From Welwitschia mirabilis (Eukaryota), in the NCBI GenBank assembly GCA_051453625.1, contig JBOZIK010000001.1, positions 20,367,356-20,424,584 on the forward strand: DNA of 57,229 nt, in the 5' to 3' direction. Position numbers and translations under genes: made by a program. Positions 14,041-26,690 of this stretch are shown piece by piece. The notes under the pieces are model-generated. The model did no database searches, was not told the origin of the DNA, and worked only from the letters and a program-made list of their open reading frames with translations. Each line of letters starts with the position of its first letter. Position 1 is the first letter of the stretch.

Positions 14041-14106
14041 AAATTTCTAGAAGGTCATCCATCTTAATTATTCTTTAGAAAAAACATGCTTAGCTACAAA
14101 ATTCTT
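14041..14106 (-). pseudogene. 5S rRNA-derived fragment (possible Cassandra TRIM LTR remnant)
   Basis: tttctagaaggtcatccatcttaattattc...aaacatgcttagctacaaaattct aligns to the plant 5S reverse complement TTCCCAGGAGGTCACCCATCCTAGTACTACTC...AAGCACGCTTAACTGCGGAGTTCT. Confidence 0.7.
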
Positions 14107-14879
14107 AACTGTGATACTATTAGTGTGGACTCAAGGATAGTTCTAACAAATTAATTCCACTTTATTAACCACTTTTTCCCTTTAGAGATTAACTCTTTTA
14201 AGCCTTACCTAGACACTTGTGGAAGTGGCTTTAAAAATTCAATATCCTCCTTACGTAGGAATCTCCCATTTTTTATTTCTAATCTTCTCTTAGTGCCAAA
14301 TATCATGTGAGGCATCAAATTATTTTTGAGTATAATTATCTCTTAGAGTTAAGCCTTGCTTTTGAATGTTAAATAATTTTGTATCATTGAGACGTAGCAT
14401 ATGACATTAGGAAATCAAACCTAAAGTGGTGTTGCATATGACATCTAATAGGGAAGTGTCAAATCTAAATGGTAAAACATTCATGTTTGACGACATGTGT
14501 AATGTTGAATAGCATAATGGCTTGCCATATCACATGACATATCATGGTAGATAATACAATGTATAATTTTTGATATTGGAATGTGTCATGCTAGGCATAT
14601 CACATGTTTGATGTTTGACATTAGGCATTGAAATTTTGATGTATGATGCCTTCTAGTAATTGCATAAAATTATAGTTATGAAAACATAATTTTTAATATA
14701 AATTTTAATGTTTTAAATCATTTCTAATTCATTTTTCATTGTTCTTCTCTTTTAATCCTTGAACAATTTGCTAAAATTCTATATAAATATTGTATAATGT
14801 CTAGTGCTTTCTAATAATTATTTCACATATTTTACTATTTTTAGAGTTGGTGGATTTTAATTGATTTTATCTTTTTAAG

Positions 14880-16450
14880 ACCAGTTTTCATGTTTTCTTT
14901 TGAAACTATATGCCATAAAACTAAGCGATGATCAGCTATAAGTTATTAGAACAATATTTGTTTCAATGTATCTATTCAATACTTCTACTAAGTTATTAAG
15001 TCATTCATAAAATGTATCATCAAAAATAGAAGAAGCATCCATAAAGAATTACACACAATCTCCTATAAGATATTGAAGTATTTTATCACATGTCTTTGAA
15101 AGATAATAATGGCATTACATAATCCAGAGGGTATTCTCTTATAAGTGAATATTTCAAAAGGGCATATAAAAGGTGTTTTTTACTTAGCCTTTGGAGGCAC
15201 TTTTTAGTTGGTTGTATATGGAGTAACCATCTAAGAAATAATAATATGATTAACATGATAGTTTGCCCCATAGGAATTAATCAATAAAGGATAATTAAAA
15301 GTGGTGTTTTTTAGTAATAGCATCAACTTTTCAAAGTATGTGCAAATTCTCGATCTAGTGGATAGTCTCATAGTTACTACTTCTCCATGCTAAATCCTTT
15401 TTATGATTTCAAATTTCTTAGATACATGGTGTATAGGAATAGTACATTTACTCTTATGTACATGGTAAATAATTCTAGCATTAAAGAGTCCAAGAATTTT
15501 TTCCTCCTTTAATACTTATGTTAGGTTTAGTTATTCTTTGAGTATTCATCAAGGGATTAGAATTTCTTATATCTTTAATTTACATGTGCGTAACTTAGGA
15601 TTTGTTTCTTTAAAATAAACATTTATACATCTAATAGCCTTCGTATACTTCTTCAAAAGCTAAGTAAGTTTGGTTTCATGATTAGATTCTAAAAGGCTAG
15701 AAATCAATATAGGATATGTTTTGTATTTATCTAGGTATATATGTTTTAAATTTTAGGATATTGACTAAAGTTTAAGTTGTGATGATATGTTTTATTTATT
15801 TAACTCTTAGTATGTGACCTACGTAGAGATTGATATTTTGATTTTCAAGGAAATCTAGTTTATGTAGGTATAATGCTAAATTGCTTAAATAATTCCTTAG
15901 TTTCTTTACATTTTTTATATTAAATTGTTTCTTAATTAATGATATCTTCATGTTCCTTTTCTCTTGTCTTCCTTATAAATTTAGGAAAATGAAGGGAGGA
16001 ACATAGTTTATAGATTTTGGATCATTATTTTTATCATGTCCCTCATGTATTTATTTAATAAGTGAAGGAGGTTCTTATAAGGATTCTTAGTTTTAAGATT
16101 CTTAATTTTTATAGATTATTTTTTGTAGTTATAATAGAATTATCTTAAACATTTATAGTCACTTAGTTGATCTTCTTTCAACTTCTTTCATAATTCATAG
16201 GTTGTATGTTCTACTTCTAGTAAGAAAATGATTTCACCTTTACACTAAGAATGAGCATAATAAAATTTCTTTATATTTAAATGATTTGAAAATACTTGGG
16301 ATTTTCGTCCATTAATGATGTTTCCAAATTATCAAAGTTATAAACTTGTTAACAATTAGTTTATCCTTATTACCTAACATATTTCATTATACTAAGTTAA
16401 CTTATAGTACTTTGATAAATTTTCATCTTGATTATTACCTTAAATAAAAC
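14880..16450 (-). mobile_element. Second, older Gypsy (Athila-like) pol/RT remnant
   Basis: RIPSGLCNAIIIFQRH (consensus RMPFGLCNAPATFQR) at ~15090-15140. Decayed RICIDYRKLN..KDHFPLPFIDQ at ~15280-15355. Confidence 0.7.
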
Positions 16451-17449
16451 AACAATCCCTTACAGTGTATTAGAAAACAAAGAAAAGTGAAAAGTCAAAA
16501 TAGAAAATTTAATAAAATTAAAAATATTATCTAATTTCTTATAGGATTCTACTTCTCAAGGGTAGTTCAGAATTAGTTATTTAATTACATAATTGCTACA
16601 AATGTGATTAAGATAATCAATTTAAGAAGGATCTTTTTCAACTATTTTAAATCGTTTACTGTAGGGATTGGTTTTTTTGGATTAATATCCAATATCAATG
16701 GGTTCTACAACTTGACTTATTTAAGGATTTGGATGCAAATCTATTAATAGTTACACATTGGTTTATATCTTAATTATTGTATTTGATAACTAATGTTTAG
16801 TTATTATAATGTAGTTGCATTTATATAGTGAAATTATGGAATAACTACATTATGAATCTAAGTTTATTGTTATCTTACTTTAATTTTGAAGTTATTTTCA
16901 TTAACCCCTCCATCATAGTTTCCTTGTGTAATGCTATATTTTTACTAAGATAAGGTATTTTTTATTTGATAATGAAGCTCTATAAAAGGGCTACAACCAT
17001 TACTCCATTATGAAGTAATCTAATGTTTTTTTTCCTCACTTTGTAACCTTGACATTCATCTTTAATAAATAATTAATAATTGATGATTCTATGCATGCTT
17101 AATGCTTTTCTTTATTATTAATATTTGTATTTGTGTTTTATATATCACTTATATTCATGAGTCTACATAATCTAGACCTTTTAACCAATAATTTATTCAC
17201 TGTAAAAGTGTAACCTCCTTTTACAATGTAAAAGTTACCATTAAAATAAACTATTCCCAAAGATATTATAAAAAGTATGTTTTAACTCCTGTACATTTTT
17301 ATGTAAATAAAATATATTAATATTTAAAAAAATAAATATAAAATCATTCAGAGACCACTCTTTGTTATTTATTAATATCTTAAATATGAAAATAAGCTAA
17401 GTTTTATCATATTATACTTTAATAAATATAATTATTTTTAAATTACTAT

Positions 17450-17642
17450 GAGACATTAAACTTCAAACTTTTAGTCACCATGTCCCCCCTCCCAAAGAAG
17501 TGCAACCACCATTATTACCTAAGCAATTAACTTAATCACTTCTAGGACATTATAGTTTACCAAGTAGGGTATCCAAAGATTCAAACCACAACCTTTTAAA
17601 TAGATAATGAGTGTTTTAATAGTTGGACTATCATTTCATTTG
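17450..17642 (-). mobile_element. tRNA-derived SINE-like repeat, copy 1
   Basis: The reverse complement aaatgaaatgatagtccaact...tctatttaaaaggttgtggtttgaatc...ggtgactaaaagtttgaagtttaatgtc matches the copies at 28591 and 26525. Confidence 0.6.
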
Positions 17643-17886
17643 TTGTTAAATTATTAAATTAAAATATTTTAAATGAGATTGCAACCATTACATTATTGAC
17701 ATAATTATTTAGACATAATGATAAAATCATAATTATTGTTATGACATAAATCACTTCCAAGTTAATTCCTAGTTTATCATATTCATATATGTTAAAACTT
17801 ATTTTTATTAGATGTCATTAAGGACATAAATATTAGATGCATAATTCAAAAAAATAAAGCTTAATACATAAGCTTTAACATACACA

Positions 17887-18540
17887 TGTTGGGCATTGAA
17901 AATGCATCTTTGTTATTTTATTAACAACATTTTTAACAAAGGGGTTTGAAATATATAAATGCATGGAGAGTTGTGACTTTGAGATACTATGTTTTGGTGT
18001 GTGGGTTCATATCTAAGTTTCTGCAGATTTGGGGCATTCATTAAATTACAGTGCATGACTCAGTTCATGCTCCTTCTGGAGATAAAGACGACAAACCACT
18101 TTATATGCTAGACATTTAGCAACTACGAAACAAACTATGGCATCTTAAAGAAGAAGATTTGCATTCGTAAGCGACAAAATTGCAACAAACAACTAAGACA
18201 TAGTTGCAGTCTAAAAGGGAAAATTTATAGCTACTTTCTAGATCTAATCCTAACCTTCTTGTTTATCTTATTCCTTCCTTGATGAATCGGTAACCACATT
18301 TTTTTTTTATTTTTAATTTGGAGTTCTCAGAATGGGTGCATTTGCTTACTTTCTGGAATATTTTTCATGACTCTTTCTTGTTTAAAAGTGAGTGGATGAG
18401 GACATTACAAGTCATCATGTTAAACTCATTCTTTACTTCTAGGTTACAAACCCTTAATATTGCAATTCATCATTTCAAGTTCAGTCTCTGCAAATGATTC
18501 ATAAATCCTTAGGTTTATTTTCCATTGCAATGTTAGTCTA
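17887..18540. repeat. LTR-like direct repeat, copy A (upstream of Copia gag)
   Basis: Begins TGTTGGG. From ~17913 it is colinear with 22891-23513. Confidence 0.75.
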
Positions 18541-18548
18541 TTGTTAAA

Positions 18549-21500
18549 ATGGTAAAGACAAAAATTCCTCGCTTTGACATCAACAACTATGAAGTTTGGA
18601 AGAGGTGCATGAAATTCTTGCTCAAATCAGAAGGCATATGGGAATAAACTCAGGAGGACTTTGAAGAAATTGCTGATGTAACTGATACAACTACCAAAGA
18701 GTAAATAGTTTATATGAAAAACAAGTTGAATGACAATAAGGTAATAACTTTTATTCATTCTAGTATGTCTGATGAGGATTTTTAAAAAGTTTCTAATTGT
18801 TCTTTAGCATTTAAATTATGGAATGGCTTAGATGAGAAATACAGAGAACATGAAAAAATAAGAGCTAATAGATTGCAAACTCTCAAAACATAATATGAGA
18901 CTCTTAGGATCAAAGAAGAAGAGTCAGTTGAAAGTTACATCTTAAGGGTGAAAGATGTTAAAACTATGATAAATCTAGGTTATTCAATCTCAGATAATGA
19001 CATAGTCCTTAATATTTTAAGAATAGTTCTAAAGTCATTTAAACCTCTCACTATCTCAGTTAACAAATTTCTTGATTTGAATAACCTTACATTAGATGAG
19101 CTCACTAAACATCTTGTTTAGTTTGAATACAATTTAAAAGAAGAAGAGGATGAAGAATCAAAGGCCTTTTAAGCTGAATCATTAAATGCATCTCATCCCT
19201 ACTTCTGAGAAAAGGGTAAAGGTACATTTTATGATAGAGGTTTTAGGGGAAAAGGCTACCAAAGTAGAAGTGGAAGAATCTTTGGAGGATGTGACCAAGA
19301 ATCCAACTTTCAACAAAAGCAGTAAGAGGGTCAATCATCAACATCAAATTAAAAAATGCATGAATTATTCTACTACTACACACAGGGGAACATAATGAAA
19401 GACTAGAAAAAGAATCAAATTTGAGTAAAATAATGCAAATCTAGCAACTGAAAATAAAGAACAGAAGTAACAGGATGCTTTCTTTAAAATAAAAGGTAGA
19501 ACTAAATAAGAAGAGGGGGAGGAAATTAGTTCTTTCATGGCTCAAGAAATAAATCTTGAAGTAAATTTATTTGCCCCATCATCAAAATCTACTTTGTGGT
19601 ACCTTGATAGTGGCTGTTAAAAACACATCACACATGAAAAGGAGCTTTTAAAGGATTTGTAATATGAAAACCTTAGAACCATTACTTTTTGAGGTGAAAC
19701 CATAGCTGAAATCAAAGGTATTGGTACTTTAGTGATCAAAAACCACCAAGGTGAAAACGTTTTATATTCTTATGTCTATTATGTACCTGGTTCATATTAC
19801 AATTTTTTTATCTTAGACAATTAGATGAATGAGGTTATAAAGCACTCTTTCAAAATAAAAAGTGCTTGTTATTCAAAGATAATAAGAAATTAGTTATCAC
19901 CAAATCTAATAACAACTTTTATAAAATAGCATTTGAAAGGGCAATGATTGAAAAAGAAGAAGAATTTTGGATTTGGCATCAAAAACTAGGACGTCCTTCC
20001 AATCACACCCTAGAAGTAATTTTGAAAAATGGGCTAGTTCATGGAATTTCCAAAATTTCGGTCCATCCCAACTTAACATGTAATAATTGCATTCATGACA
20101 AGCAAACAAGGACAACTTTCTCAGAGGTAAGTTCTACGACTTCTGAAAAATTACAACTTATACATTCTGATATTTCTGGTCCTTTTAAAACTCCAAGTTT
20201 AAATGGAATTTGTCAAATTTATTTTGTAAAATACAAGTCTCAACATTTCACTATTTAAAAGTTTATACAACTTGGGTTAAAAATATTTGTGAAAAGAAGA
20301 TCAAAGTTTTAATGAACGTTAATACTATTTCAAAGAATTTCAAAATTTCTTGCAAAAAGAAGGGATCCAGCATGTAATAACAACTCCCTGTATACCTTAA
20401 GAAAATGGGATTTCTGAAAGAAAAAAATCAATCTCTTTTAGATATGACCAGTGCAATGTTATTGCACTTGCAATTAGAGGAGGAGTTTTGGGCAAGCAAT
20501 AAGCACTACAAATTATTTGCAAAACAGATTGGTAACTAGCTTCTTGATAAATAAAATACCATATGAATATTGGTTTAGGAAAACACATTCCTTAAGTCAT
20601 TTGCAAATATTTGGAAATAAGCTATGTTAAAAGTGTCAAATCTAGTATAAACAAACTTGAACATAGATCTGTTAAATGCATCTTTATGAGATATTCCCAA
20701 AACAACAGAGCATAAAGATGTTATGATGTAACTAACAAAAAGATGTTGAAGAGTGTTGATGTGAGTTTCGTAAACTTCCAACATTTGGAAGACAAAAGAG
20801 ATACTAAAATCCATGAAAAGATTTTAGAAAATAGTTCAAAACACTTAGAAAATTTAGATTCTGAATTAGAAAACAATTTTGAATACAATTTAGATTTAGA
20901 AAGTAATGAGACTCCAAAATAAAATTTAGATGATAACCTATCTAATTTGTTAAATTTTGTCTCTGAACAACCTGAAAAAGAGATTAGGATGAATTCATAT
21001 CACTATGTCTCAAATATCCCTAGTAATTCATTTGCCCCTATATAACAAGAGCACAAGTTAGAAGGCAATTAGAAGAAAGTCAAAATATAGCTGAATGTAG
21101 GGCAGTTATAATAGAGTAAGTTGCCTTAGTATCACAAAGTTCTAACATGGATCTGTTATGTTACAAAGATGCAAAGAATACCCCACATTGGATGAAGGCT
21201 ATGAAACACAAAATTACCCAAATAGAGAAAAATAAAACTTATACTTTAGTATCTTATCCCAAAGCCAAAAATATAATTGGGACTAAGTGGATTCATCGTA
21301 CTAAGTACAATCCTGCCCATTCAATAAACAAAAATAAGGCTAGTCTAGTGGTTAAAGAATATGTACAAGAGGCTACCATTAACTATGAAGAAACCTACCA
21401 TTAACTATGAAGAAACCTATGCACCTATGGTAAGGCTAGAATCCATTAAAGCCTTCTTAGCATATGCAATCAAAGTTCAAATGGTACTTTTGCAAATAGA

Positions 21501-22694
21501 TGTCAAACCAACATTCTTGAATTGTATTCTTAGTGAGGAAGTTTACATCTCTTAATCTGAGGGATTTATTATACTTGGAAAGGAAGATCGTGTACTTTGA
21601 CTGAAAAAGGCCTTGTACAGTCTAAAACAAGCACCAAGAGCTTGGCTCTCTAGGTTAGATGAATATTTGAAACAACAAAGTTTTGCAAAATGTTTAGCTG
21701 ATAATACCTTGTTTAAAAAGACACATGCAAATATGATTGTGTTTGCTTTAGTTTATGTTAATGATATAATCTTTGTTGGAGATGATCATCAACTAGTTGA
21801 AAAAGTTAGAAAAGACATGAAAGCAGAGTTCAAAATGACCGATGTACGAAAACCTTCCTACTACTTGGGAATTGAAATTCAATAAACTCCATTTGGCTGA
21901 ACTAACGAAAATATGTTGAAGATATGCTTCAGAAATTTCAAATGCAACTTTAAAACCCGTTTCGACTCCTCTCCAATCCAAATTTAAACCCAAAAAAGAT
22001 ATGGAAAGGATTTGGTTGATGAACACCTTTACAAGTCCATGATAGGTAGTTTGATCTACTTAACAACATCATATCCTGACATTCAGTTTGTGGTTAGTTA
22101 TGCATCTAGATTCATGTCATGCCCAAAGAAACCTCATTTAGAAGCTATGAAAAGGATCCTTAGATACATATGACATACAACCTCCTTAGGTTTCTTTTAT
22201 GAAGCAAACAACAACCTCCAACTAACCAGTTATGTTGACGATAATTGGGAAAGCAACGTATATGATAGAAAAAGCACATCTGATTTTGCCATGTTGTTGG
22301 GAGGAAGTTTGTTTTCTTGGAGTTCTAAAAAATAACCTTGTTTTACTCAATAACAGCAGAAGCTAAATCTATGGCTATACATCTAGTAAGTCAACAATTA
22401 ATATGGCTAAACAAGTTGTTTTCAGATTTCATGATTCAAATTGAGAAACTGGTACACTTGCTTTGTAATAGCATTTCTGTAATTGCCATTAGTAAAAATC
22501 CTGTTATGCATTCGAGAACAAAACATATTGATATTAAATTCCACTACATAAAAACATTAGTAGAGAATGGATTGTTGATACTTAATTATTGCCCTACTAT
22601 ACTCTGATTAGCTGATTTCTTCACTAAGCCTTTACATAAAGCAAGGTTTCAAGAATAATGAGATAAGTTTGGTTTGATTTTTTTATGCATTTAA
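18549..22694 (+). mobile_element. Ty1/Copia gag-pol, complete domain order but pseudogenised
   Basis: Gag MVKTKIPRFDINNYEVWK; protease WYLDSGC*KH; GAG-pre-integrase WHQKLG; integrase LIHSDISGP; RT YSLKQAPRAW and LVYVNDII; RNase H KNPVMHSRTKHIDIKFH and ADFFTKPL. Confidence 0.95.
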
Positions 22695-22890
22695 TATTTG
22701 TATCTTTAATGGTATCTAATCAAGGTAAGTTTTAACAATATCCCCCTTGACATGAAAAACATAAATGCAAATTAAGGAACTTTTCCAAATTCCTCCCCAT
22801 TGGCCTTAATATCAAAATATATGTCTATACTACATGCATTGAGGTGATGACACATGGCATACAATTTGAAACTTGTGGTGTGCCCGCTCC

Positions 22891-23513
22891 TTATTTTATT
22901 AATAACATTTTTAACAAAGGGGTTTAAAATAAATGCATGTAGTGATGTGACTTTGAGATACCGTGTTTTTGTGCTTGGTTCATATCTGAGTTTTTGCAGA
23001 TTTGGGGCCTTCATTGGATTGCAGTGCGTGACCCGATTCATGCTCATTTTGGAGATAAATACAACAAATCGCTTTGTATGCCAGTAATTTATCAACTGCA
23101 AAATAGACTGCTCATTTTGAAGGAGAAGATTTGCATTCGTAAGTGACAAAACTGCAACAAACAATCAAGACGCAGTCGCAGTCCAAAAGGGAAAATCTAC
23201 AGCTACTTTCGAGATCTAATCTTGGCCTTCTTGGTTTATCTTATGCCTTCCCTGGTGGATCTGCAAGTGCATTTTTTTGATTTTCTATTTGGAGTTCTCA
23301 AATGGATGCATATGCTTGCTTTCTGGAATCTTTCTCAGGCTTTAAAAAGCCCTCTTCTGAGGACATTGCAGTTCGTCATTTCAGGCTCAGTCTTTGCATC
23401 GGGGTTACTAACCCTCCGTATTGCAATTTCTCATTTTAGGTCAAGTCTGGTCACAAACCTCGCCATTGCAAATTCCTCGTTTCAGGTTCATTTGCCATTG
23501 CAATTTTAGTCCA
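22891..23513. repeat. LTR-like direct repeat, copy B (downstream of Copia RNase H)
   Basis: Colinear with 17913-18540 (shared ttttaacaaagggg, gaagatttgcattcgtaag, ccattgcaat..tagtc.a). Ends in CA at 23513. Confidence 0.75.
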
Positions 23514-26136
23514 TGAACTGGATTATAGATCCCTGTTATTGTAATGAGATTAGTTGAAAACTTTTTGTTTTCTTATGAGGATAACATTTTCTTCATAGTT
23601 TAATTCATCACTCTGTTTATTATTAATTTCCTTTTTAAAATTCGCTAAATCCCTTCTTATTTGAAGAAGAATACACACTGCATTTTTGAAGTCATTATTA
23701 TAAAATGATTTTTGATTTCATGCCCTGTTCTATGTGAATCTCTATAATATATGATTTGCCCTCAATGAGCAGCGTGCTAAGATTATCTGAAATTTTGTTT
23801 TCCCTGTTATTCAAGAGGCTTCATCCTAACAATAAAATGATTTCCTGTTAACGTCTTGTAATTATCCTCAGCTTCCACATTTGTTTTCTCATTTATGTCG
23901 GCGTTAACAGAAGAAATTTGAGCCTTAACAACTCAATATTAAATCCATTTTTCTATCTCCAAATTTTTCCAATTGCAGTACGCTCTTAGTTCTTACACAA
24001 ACCTGCAAAATAAACTTAAAAATGAACTTGCAGATCATTTGTATTTGAGATCCAAAGATTCATATTTTGACAACACTGAAGGTCTGCAAATTAAAACGTC
24101 TTCCGAAATTTGTCCTGTTTTCATTTGAAGACTTCCAGCGTATGAATTTCCTATTGTAAAGCTTCATGGAAGTCACACTTATTCTCCCGTTCTTGTTTCA
24201 CCTGGACATTCTTTAAACAAGGATCTGCTATTGACAAGCTTTTCTTCATATTTTCTATCTTTTCTGAAGTCTCCTTGCATTAAAAATAGTTCCAAGTGTT
24301 TTTCTGGCATTGACTTCTTTTAAAATATTCTGTTCACCGCATTAAAAATTTTGGAAATTTGGAGCAATGTTTCTTGGACTAAAAAAGGGTGTAGTTTCCC
24401 TGTGTTGGCGAGTTCCTTTGGTTGCTTTAATTACTGCCTTGATAATCTGAATGAAAGTTTGATACACAACGTTTCTACCACCATGCCTACTGTAAACTCT
24501 GTTTATTTTCAGAAACGTTGGTTATTTGGAGATTTTCTGTGTTCTCCTTTGTGGTTTCCAGCAATTGGAAAGGCCCAATGCTTATTTAAATCAAATCTTT
24601 AGAATGTTTGGGCAATATTTGCATAAGGTTTATTCTTCAGAACTTAATGTTTGATCAAAGAATTAAATCATTTTTTATGCTTCCATTGCCCAAAGTTTTA
24701 AGGCTTNNNNNNNNNNNNNNNNNNNNNNNNNNNNNNNNNNNNNNNNNNNNNNNNNNNNNNNNNNNNNNNNNNNNNNNNNNNNNNNNNNNNNNNNNNNNNN
24801 NNNNNNTTTTAAAGACGAACTTTAGTATCTCATATAAAGGTTTTTGATATCCCTGAAGCACTCTTAGAAAATGTTTTAATATTTAAATCATTTTTTATGC
24901 TTCCATTGCCCAAAGTTTTAAGGCTTACGTCTTTTAGTTCTCGAATTGATAGTCTGCATTTTTAATTTGTTTATCTAAGACATCTTCAACATCAATGAAA
25001 GAAATGGATATAACTAGTCTTTGAGAGTTCCTATTTGAGTAGCCTGTAAATAATGAATTAATATTGTGTTTTACTTTATGTTTTCAATATAGTTAATTCA
25101 AAATCATTTTTTTATTTAATTGTCAATTATGATCTTATGATTTAGAGCCAATATTAGATGCTCTATTTAGAAGAATGACATTGTAATTGTCCTAAATTTG
25201 AGTACTATATTATGACATGGCACTTCACCACCACTAAAGTTCAAATTGAAAGGAATGTCAACTTGGACTTCTCATTATATTAGAATCATAAACCAAAATA
25301 CGTTCTTTATGGAAACTTGTGTTTACACTTCATTTATCTAAATATTAATTCTACAATAAGTATTTTTAACCATATGATATAACTATTATTCCTATATAGT
25401 TTTTTAACCATAAGATTTAACCATTATTTCTATGTAGTTATCTAAATTCTTACTGACTTTCCCATTCTTACTTGTGATTACTAGTTTCATGTCCTTCCTT
25501 TAAAGTTTTATAAGATACTACTCTATTATGAATGAAAGAAAAATTATCATCATCATTATTTTTTTATAATAAATCATGCTATCATATTAAGTTCTACATA
25601 TGTTTCCCCTATTTAAAAATATGTATTTCTATTTTCCTTTTAAAGACGAACTTTAGTATCTCATATAAAGGTTTTTGATATCCCTGAAGCACTCTTAGAA
25701 AATGTTTTAATATTCTTGCAGAAAAATTTAATAACATCATTCAACAAGTGTAAACACCTTGTGGAAGATTTTGAAGATGGATGTCATGCATTCGATCATT
25801 ATCTACATATTGAAATCTATGTAAAATATTTTTTTAGTGATCATAAGATCAAATATGAAGTTCAATGAATCTAAAATATAAATGATGGAAGTAGCAATTG
25901 CCTTAAACATAAAGTATATTAAAAATAGATATAGATAATTGTTTTGCTTATTTAGAAGTTTAAAATTCAATATTCCTAGTTTGTGGCAACATAGATCATT
26001 CCATTTATTGTTTCTAAATTTTTAGGAAAACATATGATGGATTTAAGTCACTTGTGTTAAACAAGCCATTAACAGAGAGAATTAGAGAACATAAAGTGAG
26101 AGGCATATACATGTTGGAGAACTTAAGTTAGGTGGG

Positions 26137-26248
26137 TTGTAGGAATGTTGCAAATCTTTCTATCACAATTATAGAAAGATAGTAGATGTCTCTTGTAGGA
26201 ATGTTGCAAATCTTTCTATCACAATTATAAAAAGATAATAGATGTCTC
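26137..26248. repeat. 2 x 56-bp tandem duplication
   Basis: ttgtaggaatgttgcaaatctttctatcacaattataRaaagataRtagatgtctc occurs twice with two mismatches. Confidence 0.95.
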
Positions 26249-26524
26249 CAAAATTTTGTTCAAGGAAAGACTCAAACCCACAATCTACAACTCACTGATT
26301 TCTAGACAAAACTGAGATTAGATTTTTTATTTGGTCCTTGATGTTAGAAGCCTTTTTTTTTTAATCCTTCTTTTTGGCATTTGATTAATATATCTTAGTA
26401 ACTTGTGTTTTCTTGTTCTATTCTAATAAAGTGTTCATTTTCTTGTATTTGTGGGAAATTAGATGCAACATTTTCTTTAAGAGATTAAATATAGTTTCTA
26501 AATCTACTACAAATCATAAAAATT

Positions 26525-26690
26525 AGTACCTTTGGGGGATGTCAAACTCAAAACTTTTAGTGACCATTTGTTTGACGGTACAAGCACCACGATTACTCAA
26601 GCGTATGTAATTATGCACTAAGCCTCATAGAGTGCTAAGTAAGATACCTAAAAGTTCAAACCCATCACCTCGTTAAAAAGATTGAGTCAT
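26525..26690 (-). mobile_element. SINE-like repeat, copy 2 (lacks its 5' end)
   Basis: Reverse complement: gaggtgatgggtttgaac...ggtcactaaaagttttgagtttgacatccccc. Confidence 0.55.

Noticed and set aside
14041-14106. Functional 5S rRNA gene
   Set aside because: Only about half the length, heavily mutated, single copy.
13821-14662. CACTA transposon (CACTACTAAAAAA at 13821; degenerate repeats 14400-14650)
   Set aside because: No convincing matching TIR or 3-bp TSD and no transposase.
22772-23509. ORFs 22772..23164 (-), 22854..23087 (+) and 23222..23509 (+) as genes
   Set aside because: Non-ATG or short frames within the LTR-like repeat, with no recognisable domain.
25720-26140. Exon-like decayed frame (KCKHLVEDFEDGCHAFDHYLHIEIY...)
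   Set aside because: No recognisable motif and multiple stops; cannot be assigned by eye.
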